A stretch of DNA of 64,000 nt from a virus: IMG/VR virus record IMGVR_UViG_3300050343_000110; one strand, given 5' to 3'. Shown here in pieces: positions 32,046-41,675 of this stretch (the first letter of the stretch is position 1; each line of letters opens with the position of its first letter). A program made the position numbers and the translations under genes. A model generated the notes under the pieces. That model was not told the DNA's origin and searched no databases. It was given only the letters and a program-made list of their open reading frames with translations.

Positions 32046-33005
32046 ATGGCACATGAACTTGAAATCGTAAACGGAAACGCACAAATGGCATACGTTGGTG
32101 ACGTTCCTTGGCATGGACTTGGTACTAAGGTAGAGGCTGACCTCACACCTGGCCAGTTCCAAAAAGTTGCTGGACTTGATTGGGAAGTAACTAAAGAAAA
32201 ACTTGTTACCCCACAAGGTGCAATCGTGAAGAACAAGGAAGCACTTGTTCGTACATCAGACAACTCAGTACTTGATGTTGTTGGTACTGGTTGGAATCCA
32301 GTACAGAACTCAGAAGCATTTGAGTTTTTCCACGACTATGTAATGGCTGGTGACATGGAGATGCACACTGCTGGTTCATTGAAAAATGGACAACTTGTGT
32401 GGGCTCTTGCAAAAACCAAAGAATCATTTGAATTGTTCAATGGTGATTTGACAGAGAACTACTTCCTGTTCACTAACCCTCACCAGTTTGGTAAGGCACT
32501 AAACATTCGTATGACACCAATTCGTGTCGTATGTAACAACACTCTCACATTGTCTCTGTCACAAGACACTGACAAGATGGTTACTGTAAATCACCGTAAG
32601 GCATTCGATGCCGCTGAGGTGAAAGAGCAGATGGGTATCGCTCGTGAGAAAATGGAGCAATATAAGTCAATGGCTCAGTTCCTTGGTAGTAAACCTGCTA
32701 CTGGCGATAATGTCATTCAGTACTTCAATGAAGTATTTGGCGCTCCAGCAAAAGAGAAGGTAGATGGTGTTATGCCTTATACTTCTCGTAACGCCAAGAC
32801 TGCAATGGAAAACTTGCAGACACAGCCAGGTGCAAACTTTGCCGAAGGTTCTTGGTGGCAGGCATTTAACTCTGTAACATACATGACTGACCACTTACAG
32901 GGTCGTGAAGGTGACTCACGTTTGCAGTCTGCATGGTATGGACGTAACCGTAAGGTTAAACTAAATGCCCTAGATAAAGCTCTAGAGTACGCTGAGGCTG
33001 CATAA
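32046..33005 (+). CDS. DUF932 (phage/plasmid LGT_TIGR03299-like) protein
   Basis: PWHGLG, VQNSEAFEFF, TPIRVVCNNTL, WWQAFNSVT. Confidence 0.85.
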   Translation: MAHELEIVNGNAQMAYVGDVPWHGLGTKVEADLTPGQFQKVAGLDWEVTKEKLVTPQGAIVKNKEALVRTSDNSVLDVVGTGWNPVQNSEAFEFFHDYVMAGDMEMHTAGSLKNGQLVWALAKTKESFELFNGDLTENYFLFTNPHQFGKALNIRMTPIRVVCNNTLTLSLSQDTDKMVTVNHRKAFDAAEVKEQMGIAREKMEQYKSMAQFLGSKPATGDNVIQYFNEVFGAPAKEKVDGVMPYTSRNAKTAMENLQTQPGANFAEGSWWQAFNSVTYMTDHLQGREGDSRLQSAWYGRNRKVKLNALDKALEYAEAA

Positions 33006-33018
33006 GTCTTATATATAA

Positions 33019-33116
33019 TACAGGGTGCTGTTCGTAAGTCGCCCTGTACGTCACATAATATGCTTACTCTGTGACGCAAATCACGGTTTTGGTAGTTTCC
33101 GCCCAAAAAACTACCA
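33019..33116 (+). ncRNA. putative structured RNA with a kissing loop and pseudoknot
   Basis: Three stacked stems with loop-loop complementarity (see findings). Confidence 0.55.
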
Positions 33117-33117
33117 T

Positions 33118-33125
33118 TATAAATA
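33118..33125 (+). promoter_or_regulatory. T4-type late promoter TATAAATA
   Basis: Upstream of hsp20. Confidence 0.7.
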
Positions 33126-33127
33126 AA

Positions 33128-33190
33128 TGTGATACGCCATATTATATGGGTATTACACTGTATCTTGCTTAATAAAGGAGATTAAATATG
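33128..33190 (+). promoter_or_regulatory. ROSE-like RNA thermometer in the hsp20 5' UTR
   Basis: 5' hairpin, then TCTTGCTT pairing with the SD AAGGAGA with a bulged G. Confidence 0.6.
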
Positions 33191-33622
33191 GTAAATACAG
33201 CCTTTACACTAGATCCGTCAAGGATCAATACTTACTCTATCGGTTTCGATAGAATGTTTGACAGTCTGATGGGGAATCATCCTAATCAAACTAGTCCTTC
33301 AAGTTACCCCCCTTACAACATCGTAAAACACGATGATGATAAGTTCACCATTGAGATTGCCGTTGCTGGTTTCTCAAAGGATGAGATTGAGATTGAATTC
33401 AGAGAGAATGTTCTCAAGATTGAATCTAAGTCTCGACCAGAGGGTGATGATGAAAAGGAGTACCTATACAAAGGTATTTCAAACAAACGATTTAAAAAAG
33501 CATTTACACTGTCAGATGACGTAGTTGTAAATGGTGCTGATATGAAAGATGGTATTCTTAAAATCGACATGGAAAGAATTATTCCAGATGAAAAGAAGCC
33601 ACGTTCAATCAAAATCAAGTAA
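33188..33622 (+). CDS. hsp20: small heat shock protein Hsp20 (IbpA-like)
   Basis: IGFDRMF, YPPYNIVK, IEIAVAGF, YLYKGIS, GILKI. Confidence 0.95.
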   Translation: MVNTAFTLDPSRINTYSIGFDRMFDSLMGNHPNQTSPSSYPPYNIVKHDDDKFTIEIAVAGFSKDEIEIEFRENVLKIESKSRPEGDDEKEYLYKGISNKRFKKAFTLSDDVVVNGADMKDGILKIDMERIIPDEKKPRSIKIK

Positions 33623-33630
33623 GTAAAGTG

Positions 33631-33659
33631 AAGGTGCCTCTTGACAGGGGCACCTTTTT
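33631..33659 (+). terminator. terminator after hsp20, overlapping the next promoter
   Basis: AAGGTGCCTC-TTGACA-GGGGCACCTT plus T-run. Confidence 0.8.
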
Positions 33660-33669
33660 ATGTTATAGT
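33641..33669 (+). promoter_or_regulatory. sigma70-like promoter of the clamp/clamp-loader operon
   Basis: TTGACA-N17-TATAGT with an extended -10 TG. Confidence 0.7.
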
Positions 33670-33696
33670 ATGATTAATTGAAATTGAGGATTCGTA

Positions 33697-34008
33697 ATGT
33701 TTAAGAAAAAAGATGAACCTGTAGTCGCTGAAAAGCGAATTGACTACAAATACTCAGAGGATAGAATCCTCAAAGAAATGACAGAGTATATAGATAAAAC
33801 CTATAACGCTCACTATTCCCACAACAAATTTCAAGCAACAGAATTCATCATGGACAGTGGCCATGGAGAAGGTTTCTGTATCGGTAATATTTTAAAGTAT
33901 TCACAACGGTATGGAAAAAAAGATGGCAAGAACAGAAATGACTTGCTAAAAGTAATCCATTATGGTATAATGGCTCTACATAATCACGATACTCAGGAGA
34001 AAAATTGA
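33697..34008 (+). CDS. DUF3310-like conserved phage protein
   Basis: HYS..KFQATEFI, GFCIGNILKYSQRYGKK...DLLKVIHY. Confidence 0.75.
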   Translation: MFKKKDEPVVAEKRIDYKYSEDRILKEMTEYIDKTYNAHYSHNKFQATEFIMDSGHGEGFCIGNILKYSQRYGKKDGKNRNDLLKVIHYGIMALHNHDTQEKN

Positions 34009-34010
34009 AA

Positions 34011-34670
34011 ATGAAACTTAGTAATGATACACGAGAGGTTCTAAAGAACTTTTCGACCATTAACCAGAATCTTATGGTAAAAAATGGTACTGCGATTGGA
34101 ACAATGTCTGCGATGAAAAACATCGTTGCAAAGGCAACTGTTCCAGATACTTTCAATAATGAATTTGCAATCTATGACTTGAACGAGTTCTTGTCTGCAT
34201 TGTCACTATTCAAAGACCCTACACTATCATTTGATGAGAAAAGTGTACGTCTTAATGAAGAAGGTGGTGGAAGCAATCTGACTTATATGTTCAGTGACCC
34301 ATCTATCGTAACTGCACCAAAGACTGAAATTAGTATGCCCTCTGTTGATGTAGAGTTTACCTTTACACAGGATACGTTTAATCAAATCCTCAAGGCCTCT
34401 GCTGTTCTTGGTGTTCCAGATGTGGTTCTTACTGGAACTGCTGGTGGTGATATTAAACTAACTGTTACTGACAGAAAGAATGATACATCAAACGATTTCA
34501 GCATTGCAGTTGGTGACAACTCACCTTCAGACTTTACTTACTTCTTTAAGGTTGAAAACTTAAAACTTCTTTCTGGTGACTACAAGGTACAAGTATCACA
34601 ACAAGGTATTTCGCATTTTGCAAATGTGACTAAGCCTATTGAATACTTTATCGCTCTCGAAGCTGCCTAA
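34011..34670 (+). CDS. gp45: sliding clamp gp45
   Basis: LKNFSTINQ, FAIYDLNEFLS, YFIALE. Confidence 0.95.
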   Translation: MKLSNDTREVLKNFSTINQNLMVKNGTAIGTMSAMKNIVAKATVPDTFNNEFAIYDLNEFLSALSLFKDPTLSFDEKSVRLNEEGGGSNLTYMFSDPSIVTAPKTEISMPSVDVEFTFTQDTFNQILKASAVLGVPDVVLTGTAGGDIKLTVTDRKNDTSNDFSIAVGDNSPSDFTYFFKVENLKLLSGDYKVQVSQQGISHFANVTKPIEYFIALEAA

Positions 34671-34687
34671 ACCAGAAGGACTATATT

Positions 34688-35626
34688 ATGAATGATGTGA
34701 TGCTATGGGTGGAGAAGTACCGCCCAGCGAAAATCAGCGAGTGTATTCTCACTGATGAGTTAAAGAATACCTTTCAGACTTTTGTGAATGATGGACACAT
34801 TCCTAATTTACTTTTGTCTGGTGGGCCAGGTGTCGGTAAGACTACTGTTGCGAAAGCAATGTTAGAAGAAATCGGTGCCACCTATATGATGATTAACGGT
34901 TCTGAAGAATCAGGTATTGATGTACTCAGAAACAAAATCAAGAACTTTGCAAGTACTGTCTCTATGGATGGTAATCGTAAGTTCGTGATTCTTGATGAGG
35001 CAGATTATCTAAATCCTCAATCTACACAGCCTGCGTTGCGTGGATTCATTGAGGAGTTTCACAAGAACTGTGGGTTTATTCTAACCTGTAATTTCAAGAA
35101 CCGTATCATTGAACCACTACACAGTCGGTGTTCTGTTGTGGAGTTTCGTATTCCACCAACAGAGAAACCAACACTTGCTGGACAATTTTTCAAACGAGTA
35201 CAGGACATTCTCAAATCTGAGGATGTCCAGTTTGAACCAAAGGCTGTTGCTGGTATTGTTGAGAAACACTTCCCAGATTGGAGAAGAGTTCTAAACGAAC
35301 TGCAAAGGTATTCTGCCTCTGGTATGATTGATAGTGGTATTCTTGTTAATCTATCAGAAACAAACATGAAAGATTTGGGTTCTTATCTAAAAGATAAAGA
35401 CTTCAAATCTATTCGTAAGTGGGTTGCAAATAATCTAGATAACGACCCCTCTCGTATGTATCGTAAAATCTATGATACATTGTATGAAGAAATCCAACCT
35501 CAAACCGTACCTCACCTAGTTCTTGCAACAGCAGACTACTCTTACAAATCAGCCTTTGTTGCAGATCAAGAAATCAATATGCTTGCATATATGGTTGAGA
35601 TTATGACACAGGTGAGTTGGAAATGA
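34688..35626 (+). CDS. gp44: clamp loader large subunit gp44
   Basis: WVEKYRP, GPGVGKT, ILDEAD, PLHSRC. Confidence 0.96.
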   Translation: MNDVMLWVEKYRPAKISECILTDELKNTFQTFVNDGHIPNLLLSGGPGVGKTTVAKAMLEEIGATYMMINGSEESGIDVLRNKIKNFASTVSMDGNRKFVILDEADYLNPQSTQPALRGFIEEFHKNCGFILTCNFKNRIIEPLHSRCSVVEFRIPPTEKPTLAGQFFKRVQDILKSEDVQFEPKAVAGIVEKHFPDWRRVLNELQRYSASGMIDSGILVNLSETNMKDLGSYLKDKDFKSIRKWVANNLDNDPSRMYRKIYDTLYEEIQPQTVPHLVLATADYSYKSAFVADQEINMLAYMVEIMTQVSWK

Positions 35627-36014
35627 GTTACCAACTAAAGGATTATCTTAACTCAATCAATCTCACAAAGGAAAATCTGATGGAAACAGATGATCCTATG
35701 TGGGAGAAGAAGTATTCGCCATTTATCATTAATAAGTGTGTTGCACCATTCAATGACACAATTATGCTTGTAAATGAGATGAATCAACGTCACCACCTTG
35801 ACTCAAAACTACAATATGACTTTTTACTAAATACTATTAGACGCCTAAGAAAAGATATGCTCCTTGGGTGAAAGCGGATAAGTTGAAAAACTTAGACTAT
35901 GTAAAAGAATATTATGGTTATAGTAATGAGAAGGCCAAACAAGCATTATCAATACTAAATGATGACCAGATAACCACTATTAAAAATAGTTTGAATAAAG
36001 GTGGAAGAAAATGA
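35623..36014 (+). CDS. gp62: clamp loader small subunit gp62 (indel near 35843)
   Basis: YSPFIINK, LQYDFLLN, then VKEYYGYSNEKA in the other frame. Confidence 0.9.
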
Positions 36015-36415
36015 ACGAAACTGAATGGCATCCAGAAGAGATGCTGGAAATTAAACTTAAAGAACCTGATGACTTTTTGAAGGTTCGTGAGACACTATCT
36101 CGTATTGGTGTCGCCTCTCGTAAAGAGAGAAAACTATATCAATCCTGTCACATTCTACATAAACAGGGTAAGTACTACATTGTGCATTTCAAAGAACTCT
36201 TTGCACTAGATGGTAAAGATACAAACTTAAATGAAAATGACATATCTCGTAGAAACTCTATTGCCTCTCTATTAGGTGATTGGGGGTTAGTAGAAATTGT
36301 TGGGAGTGCAGAACCTAAGGCTCCTCTTTCACAAATCAAAGTGATTGCCTTCAAAGAGAAGGATGAGTGGGTTCTAGAAACAAAATACAACATTGGTAAG
36401 AAAAGAGAAGTATAG
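36011..36415 (+). CDS. regA: translational repressor RegA
   Basis: DDFLKVRETLSRIG, LYQSCHILHKQGKYYIVHFKELFALDG. Confidence 0.96.
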   Translation: MNETEWHPEEMLEIKLKEPDDFLKVRETLSRIGVASRKERKLYQSCHILHKQGKYYIVHFKELFALDGKDTNLNENDISRRNSIASLLGDWGLVEIVGSAEPKAPLSQIKVIAFKEKDEWVLETKYNIGKKREV

Positions 36416-37768
36416 TTGACACGCTCGTTTACAGATTTTATCACAGAAGAAAAGCAACTAGAAAACTACAAAGTAGTTATTCTTACAGTTGAGGTGGGTG
36501 ATAAATCTAAGACTGCAATCAAGTTTGAAAAAGAGGCAAAGAAGATGGGTATGGAAGTTCTTTTATCAGACTTCAAAACAACATCCCTGACCTTTAATAA
36601 TGGTAAGTATACTCTAAACAACAAAGACAAAAGTATGGACATCAGTTCCAAAGATACTGTTGTGTTTGTTAGAGGAACACCAACCAGAGATAGTCATCTA
36701 GACTTGATTTCAGAACTAGAAAGAATTGGTATTACTTGTATTAACAACAGAACTACTATCAGTATTTGTGCTGATAAGTATCGTAGTTATGTGAGACTAA
36801 AAGATTTCAGATTAGACCAACCCAAAAGTGTTCTTGTTCCTACAGAAGATGATATTGATTCTGCATTAGAAGAGCTTGATACCAAGTTTCCTATCATCCT
36901 CAAAACTCTTAGGGGTGCAGGCGGTGTTGGTGTTCTATTTGTTGAATCGAAACGTGCATTAGATTCTCTCGTACAATTAATTTATAAACAAGACCCAGAA
37001 ACAGATATTCTCATTCAAGAATATATCAAAACAGATGGTGACATTCGTGTTATTATTGTTGGTGATAATATTGTTGGTACAATGAAACGAGAAGTTGTTG
37101 AAGGAGATTTTAGAAGTAACTATACACAGGGTGGTGGGGTAAAATCTTACGACTTATCAGAAGAAGAAATTCGTCAATGTCTAATTGCTGCAAAGGCGGT
37201 TGATGGTGATTTTGTTGCAGTGGACTTTATTCCATACAAAGGTAAACCATACTTTTTGGAAGTAAACAGTTCGCCTGGCACAGAAGGTATTGAAGAAGCA
37301 AACTCTGGTTTGAACATTGCAAAAGAAGTTCTAGAACACTACAGGGATGTAAACAATAGATTTACTTCTCCTATCAGATGTGGTTTTCACGAGATGGTAA
37401 ACATAAAGCCATTTGGTGAAATCGAAACAAAGTTTGATACAGGGAATAGTGCATACTCAGTATTGCACGCTACTGACTTAAAAACTAGTGGTAGCAACAT
37501 CACGTTTACTACAGTAGGTGGTAAAACACATACTGCTAAACTAGAAAAAGAATATAAAGCAAGAACAGGGGGTGGAGTTGATGAACGCCCTATTGTTAAG
37601 TTAGAAGTCGAATTCATGGGCCATACACACGAACTGATGTTTGGGCTTGATGATAGAAATAAAAGAGGAACAGAAGTTCTTCTAAATAGATTTGCCATGA
37701 AAGAAATGAACGTCATGGTAGACCCTCAGAAGAAGTTGATTATTACTACAAAGAAAGGCGAAAAATAA
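36416..37768 (+). CDS. RimK-family ATP-grasp ligase fused to a retropepsin-like (RimB-type) aspartic protease
   Basis: DKY, KTLRGAGGVGV, IQEYI, DIRV, FRSNYTQGG, EVNSSPG; C-terminal KFDTGN. Confidence 0.85.
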   Translation: MTRSFTDFITEEKQLENYKVVILTVEVGDKSKTAIKFEKEAKKMGMEVLLSDFKTTSLTFNNGKYTLNNKDKSMDISSKDTVVFVRGTPTRDSHLDLISELERIGITCINNRTTISICADKYRSYVRLKDFRLDQPKSVLVPTEDDIDSALEELDTKFPIILKTLRGAGGVGVLFVESKRALDSLVQLIYKQDPETDILIQEYIKTDGDIRVIIVGDNIVGTMKREVVEGDFRSNYTQGGGVKSYDLSEEEIRQCLIAAKAVDGDFVAVDFIPYKGKPYFLEVNSSPGTEGIEEANSGLNIAKEVLEHYRDVNNRFTSPIRCGFHEMVNIKPFGEIETKFDTGNSAYSVLHATDLKTSGSNITFTTVGGKTHTAKLEKEYKARTGGGVDERPIVKLEVEFMGHTHELMFGLDDRNKRGTEVLLNRFAMKEMNVMVDPQKKLIITTKKGEK

Positions 37769-37989
37769 TGACACTACTTGACGCAATTAAAAAACACAAC
37801 GAAGGTATCATTGCACTGCATAAAGCAAACATTGCAGTGTATCTAAAGAATCCGGCTGGTATTGGAGAACACTCTGATATCGCAGAAGCAGTACAATGTG
37901 AACTTGATAAGATTGCTGCTGCCCAAGATAGGATTGATGCAATCCATCAACATTTCTCATCAGAAGAACAAATGCCACTTTTCTCTTGA
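37768..37989 (+). CDS. conserved hypothetical protein
   Basis: YLKNPAGIGEHSDI motif common in marine T4-like phages. Confidence 0.6.
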   Translation: MTLLDAIKKHNEGIIALHKANIAVYLKNPAGIGEHSDIAEAVQCELDKIAAAQDRIDAIHQHFSSEEQMPLFS

Positions 37990-38014
37990 CAAATCCCCCT
38001 AACGGTGGTATTAT
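37986..38014 (+). promoter_or_regulatory. sigma70-like promoter of gp43 (probably leaderless)
   Basis: TTGACA-N17-TATTAT with TG; ATG 7 nt downstream. Confidence 0.7.
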
Positions 38015-38020
38015 TATATA

Positions 38021-40539
38021 ATGAAATTTTACACACACGTTGCCCAATGGGGCAATCAACTACTTGTTCGTGCAGTAGAGAATGGTGTTCGTTCTAACTT
38101 CAAGGTTAAGTACGAACCCACTCTCTATGTGCCTGTTCAGAAAGAGACTGGCTGGACTACCCTAGAGGGTAAGAATGTCAGTCCTATGAACTTCCTCTCT
38201 ATTAAAGAGGCGAAGGAGTTTGTTGAACAGTATCAAAGTCAGCCCCATCTTGTCTATGGTATGACTCAATTCCCCTACACCTACATCGCCGAAAAGTATT
38301 CTAAACAGATTCAGTTTGACAGTTCACAAATGCGTATTGTCACGATTGATATTGAGGTAGAGTGTGAGAATGGTTTCCCTAACGCCGACAAGGCTCTAGA
38401 ACCTATGTTGGCTATCACCATCAAGAACCATGATACAGGACGTATCAAGGTTTGGGGTTTGCACGACTATCACAATGACAGAGAAGATGTTCAATACATC
38501 AAGTGTCAGACTGAACGTGAACTTCTGGCTCAGTTCCTTGCATGGTGGGAAAGTGACTATCCAGACGTAATCACTGGTTGGAATACAGAGTTCTTTGATA
38601 TTCCCTACATCTGCAACCGTATCAAATCGGTGATGGGTGAAGAGGCTATGAAACGTCTGTCGCCTTGGGGTATTGTAAACTCTCGCATGGTGAATTCTGG
38701 TTATGGACGTAAAGACCAAGTGTATGATATTGTGGGTGTTGTTGAGGTTGACTATCTTCAACTATATCGTAAGTTTACTTATTCTGCACAGGAATCTTAT
38801 CGTCTTGACCATATCGCCTTTGTGGAACTTGGTGAACGCAAAGATGAGAATCCTTATGAGACTTTTCGTGATTGGTATACGAAAGACTATCAGTCTTTCC
38901 TAGACTACAACATCCAAGACGTTGAACTGGTTGATAGGCTTGACGATAAGATGAAACTTATCGACCCTTATTCTGACTATGACGTATGAGGCCAAAGTAA
39001 ATATCTCTGACTCGTTTACGTCTGTTAAGTATTGGGATGTTCTCATTTACAATCATCTTCTCAAGAGAAAGATTGTCATCCCTCAAAAGACTTCCCACAA
39101 GTCCAAGGGTGAAAAGTATGTGGGTGCATATGTGAAAGAACCACAGGTTGGACAACACAAATGGGTTATGTCTTTTGACTTGAACTCATTGTATCCACAC
39201 CTTATCATGCAGTACAATATTTCGCCAGAAACACTATTGCCCGAAAAACGGTTGCCAGTTGATGTTGACCATCTTCTCGACAACAAACCTCTTCCTAAAC
39301 TTGAAGGTGCAACATTCACACCTAATGGTGCAGTCTTTCATAAACGTCACCAAGGGTTTCTCCCTGAGATGATGCAGTCGATGTATAATGACACGTACTA
39401 TCTACAAGAAGAAGATGTTGCAGGCAAAACAACAATATGAAGATACGAAGGATGCTAAATATCTAAAAGATGTTTCAAGGTACAACAACATTCAGATGGC
39501 TCGCAAGATTTCTCTAAACTCTGCCTATGGTGCAATTGGTAACGAATGGTTTCGTTATTATGATTTGCGTATTGCAGAAGGTATTACTACCTCTGGCCAG
39601 TTCTCTATTCGGTGGATTGAAAAGTCTCTGAATATGTATCTCAACAAACTGTTGAAAACTGAAGGAGAAGATTATGTCATTGCGTCTGATACGGATTCAG
39701 TATACATTACTTTTGACAAATTGGTTAATACTGTGCTTAAAGAACGAGAAGGAGAGTCGGAAGATTCATATCGTGGGCGGGCTGTTGATTTCCTTGACAC
39801 AGTGGCTCAAGAGAAGATTGAACCTTTTATTGATAAGTCTTATCAAGCTCTTGCTTCGTATGTAAATGCATATGAACAAAAGATGCAGATGGCTCGTGAG
39901 GTGATTGCCGACAAGGGTATCTGGACTGCAAAGAAAAGATACATTCTCAACGCATGGGATGTGGAAGGTGTTCGTTATCAAGAACCTCAACTCAAGATTA
40001 TGGGTATCGAGGCTGTCAAGAGTTCGACTCCTGCTCCTTGTCGTGACAAGATTAAGGAGTGTTTGAAGATTATTATGTCTGGTACAGAGAAAGATGTAAA
40101 CAACTTCATTCAAGAGTTTCGTGAAGAGTTTTTGCAACTGTCACCAGAAGAGATTGGATTCCCTCGCTCTGTGAATGGTATTCAGAAGTGGAGTGATAGT
40201 GCAAGTATCTTCAAGAAGGGAACACCTATGCATATCAAGGGCGTTATCCTTTACAATCACTTTGTCCGTCAACAAAAGTTGACTAACAAGTATCCACTAA
40301 TCCAAGAGGGTGAGAAAATCAAGTTCCTCAATATGCGTACTCCTAATCGTATGCAGTCTAACGTCATATCTTTTATGACTAAATTACCAAAAGAACTTGA
40401 CATTCACTCACATTTGGACTATGATATACAATTCGAGAAGGCTTTTATTGAGCCTCTCACTTTTATTATGAATCAGATTGGATGGAACATTGACCGTTCC
40501 TATGGTACACAAATGACTTTGGAGGACTTTTTTACATGA
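38021..40539 (+). CDS. gp43: family B DNA polymerase gp43 (indels near 38966 and 39393)
   Basis: Exo DIEVE, SFDLNSLYPH, KISLNSAYG, DTDS, KKRY. Confidence 0.97.
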
Positions 40540-41675
40540 GATATAAACCATACAACCTAGAAGATGTAGTAAATGCATCTAATGAAAACAAGTTCAATGT
40601 AATCTCTACCTTTGCTGGTGGGGGTGGTTCGTCCACTGGTTATCGTCTGGCTGGTGGTAAAATACTTTGTGTAAATGAATTTGTAGAAGAGGCCCAGAAC
40701 ACTTATAGAGAAAACTATCCAGACACACCGATTTTGCCTGGCGACATTAAAGAACTATCTGGTAAAGACTTCTTGGATGTTGTTGGATTGAAAGAAGGTG
40801 AACTTGATATTCTAGATGGTTCTCCACCATGCAGTGCCTTCTCAGTCGCTGGTAAACTATCACATTCTACTGATGGTAAACACTCAGACGGTTGGGGCCA
40901 GACTAAGAATTATTCAGATGGTAAGATGGTAGAAAATATTGAGGACTTGTTCTTTGAGTTTCTACGAGTTGCAGATGATATCAGACCTAAAGTTATTGTT
41001 GCAGAGAATGTGAAGGGGTTGACTATCGGTGAGGCCAAACAATACTTTAATAAAATTAATAATACATTTGAAGATATTGGATATGATGTTGTTGCAAAGG
41101 TATTAGATAGTCGTTACTTTGGTGTATCACAAACTAGAACTCGTGTTATCTTTATTGGTTTGAGAAACGATATTACAGAGAAGGCTGGACTAAACTTTAT
41201 GACTATCAATAGTGTGTTTCCAGAACAAAGTGTAGATGTCATTCCACTAAAGGATGCACTTGTCGGACTAGAATATGATGCAGAGGAAGTTGACTATCTA
41301 ACTAAGAAGTTTCTTAATACTGCATACTGGAAAGATACTGGTAGTAATATGGAGATTGACCCACCAAAAGTTTTGACAGGTATGGACTATCATCCTAAAG
41401 GACACCACTTCAATTTGAAACGTGTATCACAGTATGCACCAGCCCCAACACTAACTGCAATGGGTAGTAATGATACAACTGCTGGTGCGTTTCACTGGGC
41501 CGAACCCAGAAAACTAACTATTGGCGAACTGAAAAGAATACAATCGTTACCAGACGATTTCAAACTTACTGGTAAGTGGAATCAGAAATCAGAACGTATC
41601 GGTAGAATGGTGCCTCCTCTGATGATGAAGGCTATCGCAGATTCAATTTATAATAAAGTACTAAAGGAGATATAA
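40536..41675 (+). CDS. C5-cytosine DNA methyltransferase homologue, predicted carboxymethyltransferase
   Basis: Motif I FAGGGG, IV GSPPC, VI ENV, VIII QTRTR; motif X reads IGRMVPP instead of IGN(A/S)VPP. Confidence 0.85.
   Translation: MRYKPYNLEDVVNASNENKFNVISTFAGGGGSSTGYRLAGGKILCVNEFVEEAQNTYRENYPDTPILPGDIKELSGKDFLDVVGLKEGELDILDGSPPCSAFSVAGKLSHSTDGKHSDGWGQTKNYSDGKMVENIEDLFFEFLRVADDIRPKVIVAENVKGLTIGEAKQYFNKINNTFEDIGYDVVAKVLDSRYFGVSQTRTRVIFIGLRNDITEKAGLNFMTINSVFPEQSVDVIPLKDALVGLEYDAEEVDYLTKKFLNTAYWKDTGSNMEIDPPKVLTGMDYHPKGHHFNLKRVSQYAPAPTLTAMGSNDTTAGAFHWAEPRKLTIGELKRIQSLPDDFKLTGKWNQKSERIGRMVPPLMMKAIADSIYNKVLKEI

Noticed and set aside
25265-33116. tRNA genes in the structured intergenic segments
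   Set aside because: No cloverleaf, T-loop (TTCGA) or CCA end was recognisable.
38021-40539. Intron or intein in gp43
   Set aside because: The joined length is normal for gp43; there is no inserted sequence or splicing motif.
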